A stretch of DNA of 62,461 nt, counting the filler, from Hausera hauseri (Eukaryota), in the NCBI GenBank assembly GCA_046269625.1. It is 10 parts of 10 records of this genome, joined end to end, with 100 filler letters (N's around TTAATTAATTAA, not from the genome) between each part and the next. Parts side by side here need not be neighbours in the genome. Positions count along the whole stretch, not along the records: positions 1 to 6,612 come from JBJURY010081547.1; positions 6,713 to 21,680 come from JBJURY010488797.1; 8 more parts are not named here. One strand, given 5' to 3'. Shown here piece by piece: positions 1 through 12,189 of this stretch. Numbering within the stretch: position 1 is the first letter of the stretch; each line of letters begins with the position of its first letter. Below the pieces are notes generated by a model that ran no database searches, had not been told where the DNA came from, and saw only the letters and a program-made list of their open reading frames with translations. The position numbers and the translations under genes are program-made.

Positions 1-2794
1 TAATTTATTTTTTATTAAAATAATAGTTATGTATAGGTGTAATAGTTGATGTCATCCGAAGGTACTGGGGTCGGTCGTAGGCGTTGGGGTAGGCTGCGGT
101 GAGGTCGCCGGATCATCCGCCGAATCGCCGGTATTTAACTAATTGTTTTTCTTAGGTAATTATGGTATAATTATGTTTTGTATCGCCGTATCGGCAATCA
201 CGACGAAAAGCCCAATCGTAATCTTCGTCAGTGACCTTGATCAGTGACCCGTATCGGCAATCACGTGGAACAGCTTTCGACAACGACCAATCGTAACAAT
301 TGTCAATCACCTTGGTCAGTGACCGTATCGCCAATCACGTGGAAAAGACGTGACCTGTGTCGCGAGCATAAATCATTTGACATGTTTGTCAAAGCTTCGT
401 GCCCTATTTGTCTAATGACGCGTGACCTTTGTCACGTCTTAGCTTGCGCTTTGTCAGTGACCTTTGGCATGATAAAGACGACATCCAAAATTACATGCCC
501 GTTTCTTAACGGGATAAAGTTTCCAGTATATGGACATGGCTTTCGCACTATACGGACACATCGTCCGTTGTTATCGGACTAAGTTTTCACTGTACGTCCG
601 CGAAGTGCGTTGTTTATGTATACAATTATATAGTGTAACGACAAGCCATTTTCACTGTACAGCCACGAAACCCGTTGTTAAAAGGAAACGTTTTACACTA
701 TATGGGCACGACGGCCGCACTATAAGGACAACATACGGACATGAAGTCCGTTTGTTAACGACACAAATATGTCTTATATGGACATGAAGTCCAGTTTGTT
801 TACGGCTGAAAACCGTTCCTTGTCCATTAACCCGACAAGTTTACTTGTGGAAACCTTTTCAAAGTCCAGTAACGACGGTCGTAACCTAAAGAAATCAGCC
901 AAACCACTGATCGTTCCTGTTTGTTTGTTGTCAGCGAACGTTAAGTTTCCAGCCGACATACGATGATGACTACTAATAAAACATGTCCCCAATACAAATC
1001 CAACTTTACCAAGTCACAATACAACCAACAACATACCCTAAATCAGCGACCTTTTGTTAACTTTCCGACCAAAGACACATGATGATGATAACTAATAAAA
1101 CATTTTCCCCCAACACGACATTTCCCTATCACTACAACTTTACCAAGACACAAAACAACACTACATTCCTCCTATACAGCTATCCATACAACGCTAAAAG
1201 TACAGAACCGTCACCCAACGGCACTTACTGATGATGATAATTAACAAAAAAGTTTCCCCAACACCACATTTCCCTATCACTAAAACTTTACCAAGACACA
1301 AAACAACCAACATTTCCCACAAACTCATCGAACTTTCGACCAGCGGCACACGATGATGATGCTGATTTGTAGACAAGCAATGATGATGTTGTCCGACAGA
1401 ACAACACAACAAGAGACAAGACTAAAAAAAGCAACATTTCCCTATCCAACTATCACTATAACACTACAAGTACAGAGCCGTCAACTAACGGCACACGATG
1501 ATGATGATGATTTTTAGACAAAACGATGATGATGTTGACTGACAGAACAACACAACAAGTGAAAAAACACTAAAAAAGCAACATTTCTCTATCCAATATG
1601 TCCCCTATACAACTAAAAGTACAGAGCCGTCCACCAACGGCACATGATGATGATAACTAATAAAACGATGACCAAATCAAGCAATGATGATGCTAGAACA
1701 CAACAATAAACAAGACACTAAAAAGCAACATGTCCCCTATCCAACTACAAGGCCAGCTTTACCAAGATACATAATTAAAAAATTGAGTCATGTTCAACGA
1801 TGCATAAGAAGAAGAAGGGGCCACCGTGAACCCAAATGACCACTTGACTAGCTTAATTAAGCCCTATAGCAAGTATTTCAGACTTTATACAAGAAAAAAC
1901 AATCAAGAACTCGCGCAATTAAGCACCTCCAACTAGTAGTCGCCCCTTACGTGTCGACCTAAACCACGCCCGCGACGTAAGAAACACGCCATTACATGCC
2001 CCGACCTGTCCCTAAACATGAAGAACACAACCTAAACCACTGCCCGCAACCGTAAGAAACCCGCCCTTAACAGCAAAATATAACACTCCCATGTCCCTAA
2101 ACACGATACCTAACACAATACCAGCATCGAGACACGGTAAACACAACCTAAATCCCCATCATCACCGTGAGAAACACGCCCTTAATAGAAAATATACGTA
2201 ACTAAAGAAATTACGTCATCAAGATGCTGACGTCATCAAAAAGATGATACAGCCTCTACTATTACAAAGACATAATGTGCCACTACCCAATAACACATCT
2301 CACGTCTAACTTAAGAAATGTCATCAAAACAAGAATGATGATAAAGAAGAACACACCTAAAAATATTTGTCTTATATAACGTATCAAAGAACACACCAGA
2401 GCCCCATTACCCCTAAGTAACTAATCAGCAAAAAGAATGATGATGACGATGCTAACGACAGGTTACTAAAAACAATAACACCACTACACACGTCCCTCGC
2501 TCTATTACCCCTAACTACACATAAAAAGAATGCTAATTAAGAAACAACGCACTGCGCCTAAATAATATTTATTTTACACGGGTCACTTTACCCATAGAAG
2601 ACCTGCCCATAAGTCTCTCTTGACCTAATTACACGCATGAGAAACCACGTGCCAACCTCGTGACCTGACCTTGTGACCTGACCTGGTGACACAACCTTGC
2701 ACCAGCCTTTTTCAGTCGTGCACCAGGTTTTTTTCCTTATATCCGCTATTTAACGCATCCTGAAATAATACCCCGATTCCCTAACTATACTACT
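1..2794. repeat. Non-coding, strand-biased region built from nested imperfect direct repeats; possible terminal region of a large DNA element
   Basis: Recurring motifs GTCAGTGACC, TATGGACATG, CATTTCCCTATCACTA.AACTTTACCAAGACACAAAACAAC (about 1119 and 1268) and AAGTACAGA.CCGTC...AACGGCAC (about 1198, 1468, 1617). No credible ORF. The block ends in ...CTATACTACT at 2794. Confidence 0.55.
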
Positions 2795-3799
2795 ATCGTC
2801 CATATGCATAGATTATATCTATATTAGCAACCCTCTTGAATAACTGAATCATGTGTCTACATTTGTGTTTTAGCGATCGCTTACCTAGTCTGCTACACGT
2901 AAGAAGGGAGTTCGAATTCTAAATTACGGAGCTTAATTATTCATAGTCGATCGTTCAGAGATTTTAGGAAATCTAATCTTCTGACAGATCTATTTGCAAC
3001 TTGCTTTCAAAATGTAAATGGATCATCCGCTACTGACGTAGCATGCAAAACGTGTGCAGTCCAGATATATGTCGCCTTATGTCGTGCTATGTCGTGCAAA
3101 AATAATAAAGATAATTATAAAGTAAAATTGTAAACTGAAGTATAATGAGGAAAGACGGAGAACTGTCATGAAGGAAATATTCTGCTGTCCTCTAAAAAGC
3201 TGAGAGTTCTGTGGAGAAAACAAAATCATAAACGTACTGTCAATGAGTCAGATTATGTGAAAAAATGAGCTATGCATGAAACAAAAAGGTAAACATGCTA
3301 AATTAAAGGGATAAAGATATGATTGTACATAAGTAGGGGAGATTGTACTTTTAACAACAAGACAGAAATATAATGAGGAAAATATTAGGAAACTACAGAG
3401 AAAAAGATAAACATTAAAATAAAGAGAGAACTACAATGAGTTAAAGAAAGAGTTGCACTAAAGAAAAAAAGGGAGATAAGGCAAGAACGGAACCTTGCAC
3501 TACGAACGCCTGACGTCCCAGAGGTCAACCGCTGAATTCCAGAGAAATTTGAACCGTAGCTCGAACGATGCAAGGCTTAACCGTTTAAACTGATACCATC
3601 TCTTTCATCTGTGATCCATGGATCAGCAAGATCTCGGATTTCAAAAAATTGTACACAAGGCCAATGTTTCAGATGTGCTTGAGATAACCAAAGACAGAAT
3701 TGACCCTCAGAGACTTTTAAAAATATAATAACAAAATCCTTCATTGTTTACGGACCGTTGTTTAAGTATAGCGTGCAGCTTCTTTCAGGACAATTAACT

Positions 3800-4650
3800 C
3801 TTGTTGGAAGAGACAATGGCTAGAGATTTCGAATACTTGGAACCAGCGACTCTGAGCAAGCGCATTTAGTTGAAAGTGATTGGAGAATTACTGTCAATGT
3901 GATTTCCTCGTCATTAAATATATCAGTTGGATCAGTGGAAATAATCTTCTAAAAACTGAAATAAAATAAATTATCAGCACAGTGTGTGACAAAATTATTA
4001 AATGCAGATAAACTAGAATTTCGTAAATATTGCGCTGTTTAGTTTATCGAAAACTTTGATTCCAAGCCAGAATTGTTTTTAATCAGAATTGTACCCGGTG
4101 ACGAAACTTGGATATATTTATTTGACTCGGAATCCAAACTACAATCAAAGCAATGGTTGCTATCTGGATCTAAACGGCCTATTCAAATAAAAACAGAAAG
4201 ATCTGCTGCAAAAATCATGGCTAAAATTTTTTGGGACGCTGAAGGAGTCCTGCTGATTGATTTTCTGGACGATTTGAAAACAGTCACAGCAGAATATTAT
4301 GAAACTATCTTGTTAAAGCTAAGAAATAGTTTAACCTACAAAAGGCGCAAATAGTTACAAAACAATATTTTATTACATCACGACAGCCCACCAGCTCAAT
4401 GCTTTAATCCTGTAATGTAATTACTAGAAACTTTTGAATTGAAATTATTAAGTTATTCACCATATAGCCCTCATTTGGCATTTGATTAATAGTTTTTCTT
4501 CAAAATCTGGAAAACTATTAAGGGAATCCGATGAAAGGCTTCAGAAAGTCTAAAAGTGCAACCATGATTAGTTAAATTCAAGAGACAGTATATGATTATG
4601 AAGTGGACTAGAAAAATGGCGTTATCGAATACAAAAATGTTATATGTCTA
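3800..4650 (+). mobile_element. Mariner (DD34D) transposase remnant
   Basis: IVPGDETWIY...SKQWL...KIMAKIFWDAEGVLLIDFL, then degenerate LHHD and PYSPHLA motifs with stops and frameshifts. Confidence 0.9.
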
Positions 4651-6026
4651 GTAATGGATCAAAAATAAATAAAAACTACAATTATTATTTATTTTTAAAA
4701 AAAGGCGAATTTGTTTGAAAAATTGTGATTAATAAATTATATTTTAATTCTAACTCTAAATTCAACTTTTGACGAAATGTGCGATAAGATGTCAGGTGAT
4801 ACTCCGTATTTCGATCCACCGATCTTGCGGAGCAAACTGATCATAACTGCATATGTTCAAACTATTCGGGAAATTTTATTTTGAAATATTTGCATTTTTG
4901 GAACACGAATTCGCATATTAAAAAATTAATTGTTACCTAACAAGGAAACGAATTTTACTGTAAATTTGTATTTTAATAGTCAGAGGAGTTCAAGATATAA
5001 TGCTGGTTAATAATATAAAAAATTGCCGAGAAAGGCAAAATAACGCATTTGGAACCTTTAAATGTAACATTATTTCGCACTTGTTCAAATCTCCCACTAT
5101 GTTGAAAAATTTTGAACTTTGACAACATTCGTTCCTTTTCTCGTGCTGTTTTTCTTAATATTCGATTCATAATGTTTTCGTGATGTTCAGTCAATGTAAA
5201 ATGTATTGGTTTAAATCACAAGTAATGGAGCAGCAAAAATAAATAATAAGCAAATTATTATTTACTTTAAATTTGTTTAAATATTGGATAAATAAATACT
5301 TTTAAAAACTCTTTAGACTTATATTTGAATTATGAGCGAAAAGAAAGCAAGTGAACTCGATGATTTCGATCCTCCGACTTTGCCCAGCAAAGTCTTCTTA
5401 AATGTATCGCCATTCCTCAGATTTTTACCATTAGCATTTTCTGATTATAGATATATAATCCTGATGACATTATTTACGAACGTGAATATTTTTACGGTTG
5501 GTGATTGGTGACTACAATAATGTACATAATGTAAATAATGTACAATAGTGTAAAACGGTACCTCTTTATTAATAGTTGTAACCAAACTGAATAGAAAAGA
5601 GTAAATACGTAAACATTTACTTACAGCTGCACCAGCCATTATTCACAATACATCTACAGATTATTGCCCAGTCGGTAAAATTTTTCTGTATATTGTTCAT
5701 AATTTATAAAACTATATTTTAATACAAATTTTCGTTGATACAATATTATATGATTTAATAAACCCGCTGTAAATAGCTTGGTTTCAAAAGAATTATCTAT
5801 TCACCAAATCCTGCACTCAATGATCAATACACTGTGTCAATTAATGAGTGATTAAATTGTAGATATTTTAACGTTAATTTTTGCGGGGATATGTTATATG
5901 TTCCGAAAATTAATGACGAATTCGTTAATGCATACATATACCAAACAATATAGATTTTTTTGCTACCATGGTGAACCATAAAAATATTCTGCGTGTGTTG
6001 GGTTCGAAATCTAATTTTCAGTGTTC

Positions 6027-6257
6027 ATGGAAATTTTAAACTGTTTGGATGGTTTACAGCAATTAACACGGGACGATTTAGAGTTTCTAAGTAAAAATTT
6101 ATTTCCTTTTTTTAAAATTTCATAAAAGTAAATATTAGAAAAGAATAAAGTTTTAGAAAGTGTTCGCGAAAGCCTTCTAAATTTGTGTCATTCCAAACCA
6201 GTCGATCCGTTCGACTATCTGATCGATTTGTACTCCGAATTTTGTTCATGTTCTTAA
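6027..6257 (+). CDS. Small (about 60 aa) spliced protein with a Dpy-30/RIIa-type dimerisation-docking motif; join(6027..6090,6139..6257)
   Basis: Removing a 48-bp GT..AG intron (which holds an in-frame stop) gives MEILNCLDGLQQLTRDDLEFLKKNKVLESVRESLLNLCHSKPVDPFDYLIDLYSEFCSCS*. The LxxLxxxKPxDPxxYL pattern matches Dpy-30-like motifs. Confidence 0.55.
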
Positions 6258-6612
6258 CGTTTTTTCATTTGAATAGTTTTTGAGAGTTGAAGTCAGATGC
6301 ATCATCTATAGAAGGAAAACGTTCAGGTACCACAGCTGAACAGAACATCAGACCAGGTGTACCTTCTATGGAAACAAAAAAAGAGAACCTGAAAATAAAA
6401 GCTAACATAACATCAGATAACGCAAAATTCTAGAGTAGTAGGAGAAAGTAGTAGAGTGAAGAGAAGTGGTCAATTCATCCTCCAGCAGTCTAAGCAGCAT
6501 AACTAATTAACTGTAATAACTAAGGAATACTTTAGGGAACGTAAACATAAGTATAGGATTTATCAAAAAGGAAAGTCTTCTGTCTAGTCTTAAAAGCAGA
6601 CAGAGTGTCAGC

Positions 6613-6712
6613 NNNNNNNNNNNNNNNNNNNNNNNNNNNNNNNNNNNNNNNNNNNNTTAATTAATTAANNNNNNNNNNNNNNNNNNNNNNNNNNNNNNNN
6701 NNNNNNNNNNNN
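6613..6712. other. Artificial contig spacer
   Basis: N-run + TTAATTAATTAA (stops in all six frames) + N-run. Confidence 0.99.
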
Positions 6713-6830
6713 AGAGGCTCCTCTTTCCCCCACTCATTACCTGTATTAATGGCACCTGTTTGAAGTCGTTAACAGTATAAAAGACACCTCCCCACAACGT
6801 CAAACAGTCACACTCCAAACACTGGACAAA

Positions 6831-7460
6831 AAGGCCTAAGATCCGGGGAGATCCAATAGTATGCAAGTTTATGTATCTGCCACAAATCCAAAACGTTTCC
6901 GGAGCTATACGGGGAGATTTCATCTGTAACAGATCCTAGTACAGGATATCCTCCGTATACACAACTGTAAAAGATCCTAGTATAGGATATTTTTTGGATA
7001 CACATCCGTGAAAGATCCTAGTATAGGATATTTTCCGGATACCCATCTATGATAGATCCTAGTATTGGGTATTTCTGGATACCCATACATAATAAATCTT
7101 GGGAGATCCAAAAGTATGCAAGTTTATGTATCTGCCACAAATCCAAAACGTTTCCGGAGCTATATGGGGAGATCTCATCTGTAACAGATCCTAGTACAGG
7201 ATATCCTCCGTATACACAACTGTGAAAGATCCTAGTATAGGATATTTTTGGATACACATCTGTGATAGATCCTAGTATAGGATATTTTTGGATACACATC
7301 TGTGAAAGATCCTAGGATAGGATATTATGGGATACACATCTGTGATAGATCCTAGTATATGATATTTTTGGATACACATCTGTGATAGATCCTAGGATAT
7401 GATATTTTTGGATACACATCTGTGATAGATCCTAGTATTAGATATTTCTGGATACCCATA
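6831..7460. repeat. 40-bp minisatellite plus a larger internal duplication (probable subterminal repeats)
   Basis: Unit GATAGATCCTAGTATAGGATATTTTTGGATACACATCTGT with period 40. 6845-7010 is repeated at about 7100-7265. Confidence 0.92.
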
Positions 7461-7462
7461 CC

Positions 7463-7463
7463 A

Positions 7464-7490
<27 letters not shown>
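7463..7490. repeat. (TG)n microsatellite
   Basis: Directly visible. Confidence 0.95.
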
Positions 7491-7495
<5 letters not shown>

Positions 7496-9111
7496 CCTAT
7501 CTTCACACAAATCCTAAAGGATTTTCTATCAAATGTACCTTACACATATGGGGAGGGATGGAGTGTCAAAGCTTGTCAAAGATTTTGTAGTGGAAGATTT
7601 TCAACAAAACTGACTTAATATTATTATTATTATTGTTATCAAATGCTCCCTCTGGTAACTGTCATGGCCAAAACTGTTCCATTGACTTCCGATGAAAATT
7701 AAAATTGATTTGATCTTTCTTTAATCAGTTTTAAACTATTAATTAAACTATTCATTTTTAGTGTCAGCATTTCACTTGGAAAAAAGTAGTGATGGTTGAC
7801 ATTTTTACTAGATTCTACCATTCAGCTGTTGTTCCAGCAGGAAATCCTTGTATTTTGAGATTTATTTTTAAGTGCATCAGGGAACCACAAGGGGGCACTA
7901 AAAGTTATCTATTTGGATGTTAAGAATTTTTCACTAACACACACAAAGAAAATAAATTGTGATTAACTCTTAAGTACTTTCCTGCAGTGACCCACTTTCT
8001 TTGTGCAAGCTGATCATGACATTGTGGTGCATTCCTGATGCCTTGATTGTTTGCATTTGTGAGGGTCTGTATGAAGTAGCTAAATTTTAGGTGTCTAACT
8101 ATGCAATTTTGGAATATAAACACACAAGTCATCACACATTTCTTCTTTAAAACTACATTTTTGTATTTGTAAAACAGAAGTTTGTTGGGCATGGCTACTA
8201 TAGGAACAAATTCGTTTTTTGGCTCAAGAGATGTAAAACCTCTAGCATTTGCATATTATCCTGCTTCTTTATTCCAAATGGGATTGATGACAATCATGCA
8301 TATTTCTGGCATGCCCGTGTTCCGTTTGAAATTTCATTTTTCTTTATACTGTCATGACTGCTAACGTTAAAAATTCATTTTTTAACTATAAAAAGGACAT
8401 GTGAATTGAATCTAAATAGTTCAAGAGCAGTACTTGATTTAATTTGTGTGTACTTTAAGGCAATTTAATCTATTTTTGTCCCGTAGGTTAAGGGGATCAT
8501 ATGTACTCTCTAAAATGAGTCTTGGGTACATCTGTGACTTTCAGGAATAATTAGATGCTCTATTGATGCAACTGGCATCCCCCTTCCTTTTTTGAAACAT
8601 GGTGTGAACCCCCCCCCACACCACCACCACCTGATATCTGCCCACTCACCATAACAAAAGAAGTCCTGCAGCATAGGTCTCCTTTTATTTAAAGGTGTTG
8701 GTTCATAGCTTTCATCACATCATAGCTACAGAGACCTGCTGAGAACTGCAGCGACATTTTAAGAACTGCACACAACTACTGAGCTGTTGACAATTGCAGA
8801 ATAAACTTGTTTTTTTCCTACCCAAAAAGTTCTTTTCAGAACTAAATTCAGAGGTTATTATTCGACAGCAGCTATTCTGTTGGTCATTCACTGGACAATA
8901 AATTGGCTTTTGCATGGTAAGTAAATACATTTTATAATTGTGTTTTTATCAGTAGAGAGAAGTGATTAATGAAATACTTTTTATAAATCTTGTTGTTTAT
9001 TAACTGAACAATAAAATCCCTAATCCCAGTCCCTTTTTTTACCTCTCAGCAACATCCAGTCACTTGAAGTCACAGTTGTGAAAACCAAACCAGAGAAGTC
9101 ATATACTGCAA

Positions 9112-9760
9112 ATGAAAGGTATGAATTGTAAAAAAAAATTACATCCTTATGTGACACAATCCCATTCATTTATTTACTGTACTTATAATAGTAGTCCTAA
9201 CATTTTCTCTTCCAGGACCAAAAAATGTCTGGATTGTTGGTGACAGCTACATCAGACGGAGTGAATATCATGTAAGGGACACTGTGGGGACCAACCTGGG
9301 TCTTCATGCAGACATAAAATGGTTCGGCAGGGGAGGATTGACCTGGACATCTGTTCTCCCCATTTTACAACAGCGTATTCAGAGTAGCACAGCTCCAGAC
9401 ATACTTGTAATCCACTGTGGTGGAAATGACCTGGGTAGAACGAAAAGTCTGCAGCTTGTCAAATCAATGAAAAAAGATTTGCATTACCTAAAGAAACAGT
9501 TCCCAGAAATGAAGATAATTTGGTCTTCAATCAATCAAAGATGTCACTGGAGGTATGGCCACCCAGCAAAGATAGAAAAAGCAAGAAAGTTTGTCAATAG
9601 GGAAATGAGCCACTTCTGTAAAAATGATATTGTACATCATCCACAAATATTGTTTAACAAGCCTGAGCTGTTTTTGAAGGACAATATACATTTGAGTGAA
9701 AAGGGAAATGATGAATTTTGGAAAGCAATTGCTGAACACCTGAAAAACCATGTTTTCTGA
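9112..9760 (+). CDS. SGNH/GDSL hydrolase; probable join(9112..9118,9216..9760)
   Basis: Blocks intact: VWIVGDSY (I), WFGRGG (II), IHCGGND (III), DNIHL (V). GT..AG intron 9119-9215. AATAAA overlaps the stop codon. Confidence 0.85.
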
Positions 9761-11169
9761 ATAAAAGCAAGGGTTAAATGTAACAGATGCCACTCTGTCT
9801 TTATTATTTAAATTAACAGAAAAAACTATGACAATATTAAATCCATTACCTCAATGTGAAGTAATATAACCAGCAGAGTGCTTAAATCAAGGTACGTGTC
9901 TTTGAAATTTTACATACAGGGTAGTCAATTTACCCCAATGAGGTATATACATTGATATATATTACTGGATTGGGCGTCACGTGACCAGGACGTGCTTCGC
10001 AAGGCGGATTTTTATGCATTGAGCTAATGCTAATGCTAACCATTAAAATGAATGAGCAGAACGCAGCGTGGTGCAAACAAACGTTTATAAACGTACAATT
10101 GGTACAAATACTTTACTATAAACTACAGAAATTGTTACATGTTTACAAGAGTTAAAACGGTTATGTTTTACAGGTAAATATTACGCATAATCAACCAAAA
10201 TTAATTATTGTAACTGTAAAACCTGTATGCTAACACTAAACAGCTTCAATCGTCATGATTAACCTTATTTTAAATCTATTATATCTGTTATCAAATATAT
10301 TATTTACTGATATTAAACATGTAAATATGGACTTTATTGGATTGTTGACTAGTTAGACTGCATAATAATTCAGAAATAATTATGTAGACTCACTAATGGC
10401 AGACAGTAATTATTGAGCATCATAAATATAAATAGTCACGTTGTCAGACAGGCCGGTTTATTCAGATATTTGCTACATCCAGTATTTGTGTTTTTCAACA
10501 TTTGCAGAGAAAAAGGAGGAAAAACGTGTTCCAGCAGTGGGTCAGTGTCAGATATAGCCTGCGTCATTGTGAAGATGAACAATAATTGTTTGTGATAAAA
10601 AATAAATTCATTAAACAATTCTTTGTTATGAGGTCCTAACATTTTCCACTACGATTGCTGCAAGCAAACGCAGCACTGTGACACGGCATTATGGTATGTT
10701 CAATGGTTAAATGACAAGACGGAGTTGCGTTTAGCATACCCAAATTCACGTGATAGCCCCTCTAGTAAATATACTTCATTGGTTCACCACATAGCAATCT
10801 TTACCACACTTGGCAGCCGTTTTGAGAAAAAAACAAGCACAATGTTTCCTTGATAATAAACCAAGCAACTGTAATGACATCTTAGTTTAGAAATAATTAG
10901 TTTTTGGCTCAAGTTAGGCTTCAGCAATGTTGAGAGAATCTACAGAGTTACACTCTTATCAGTTAATTGTTTCTGTCATCTTCAACAGCACAGCTGTGAC
11001 CGCAAATGCTAGTTCCAGGCATCTGTAAAGCAGCTTAATTATTACTAAGTAAAACTCGACGTTGTACCTACATAATTCAGGCTTGTAATAAAAACATATT
11101 AAAATGTTAATACATTTAACAAATAAATAAAAGCAAGTTTGGAGTGTTCACATAAATCTTGACACATGG

Positions 11170-11330
11170 TTTATTCAATTCAGTTTGAATTCAGTTTATT
11201 TATATCACAGTCTCCCGTCCTGAGCAAACAGTGGAGAGGAAAAACTCCCTGTTAACAGGAAGAAACCTCCAGCAGAACCAGGCTCAGGACAGGCGGCCAT
11301 CTGCCTCGACCGGCTGGGTTGGAGGAGAGA
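11170..11330 (-). mobile_element. Teleost L2-type LINE 3' end fragment
   Basis: ATTCAATTCAGTTT..TTTATTTATA tail plus GGAGAGGAAAAACTCCC..AGGAAGAAACCTCCAGCAGAACCAGGCTC, which I recognise as the reverse complement of common fish L2 3' ends. Confidence 0.65.
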
Positions 11331-11429
11331 AAAGAGACACAGACAAACACAGAAGAACTGGTCCAGGTACAGCTACTTATGGAAGAGAGACAAAAAAAGA
11401 AAAAACATGTTATTGATAGAAATAATTAC

Positions 11430-12010
11430 AAAGTGACATTTACTAATGTTTAGGCAGTCATACTGAAATAAAGAACAGTGTCCGAAAATTCAGGCCTCAG
11501 AAGTGAAACTCAGAAGTGTTTACAAACTGACATTCCATACTGTTCAAAAAGCGAATAAAATTCAATTAAAAAAAATAAAAAATGTACATAATAAACAAAA
11601 AACTCATTAATAAACAACATCAAACTGGAGTATTACAGTTACGGTATTACTACTAAATAAACTTATATTACCTACTGTTCAAAAGCAAATACAATAAAAA
11701 CTAATTACAAATGTACCTAATAAACAAAATACTCTTAAAAAAAACAATATCATACTGTAGGACTACTGTTAAGGTATTACTACTAAACAAAGTGACATTT
11801 CCTAAAGTTTAGGCCATCATAGTGAAATAAAGAACATTGTCTGAACATTTAGGCCACAGAAGTGAAATTCAGAAGTGTACACGAACTGACATTTCCTACT
11901 GTTCAGGCCATCGTAGTGAAATGCAGGACCACTTCCTACAGTAAGGCCACGTAGTGAAACTCAGAAGTGTTCACAAATTGACATTCCCTACTGTTCAAGA
12001 AGCAAATAAA
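11430..12010. repeat. Imperfect tandem duplications downstream of the transposase
   Basis: AAGTGACATTT..TTTAGGC..AGTGAAA.TCAGAAGTGT..CTGACATT..CTACTGTTC recurs at about 11430, 11790 and (partially) 11950. Confidence 0.75.
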
Positions 12011-12189
12011 ATAAAAAACTTCTAAAAATGCTACTAACATTTGTAAACTTCCAAGTCAAAAGCTTTGCGTAATTGAATATTTAAAATATGGCTTCTTACA
12101 AATTTTTTAGATAACAACATTTTTTTCTTCCATAAGCATTAAAAAAAGGATCCAAAAAAAAAGAAAAAAGTTAATTCAAATCCTTTCCC

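Noticed and set aside
4800-5400. Two copies of TTTCGATCC.CCGA..TTGC..AGCAAA resembling a tRNA T-loop/B-box
   Set aside because: No cloverleaf or A-box could be built; at most SINE-like debris.
4973-5700. Possible minus-strand gene with short GT-AG introns
   Set aside because: Splice signals are present, but I could not assemble a consistent frame or recognise a product.
6930-7460. Regularly spaced repeats resembling a CRISPR array
   Set aside because: Head-to-tail 40-bp units with no unique spacers, no cas genes, eukaryotic context.
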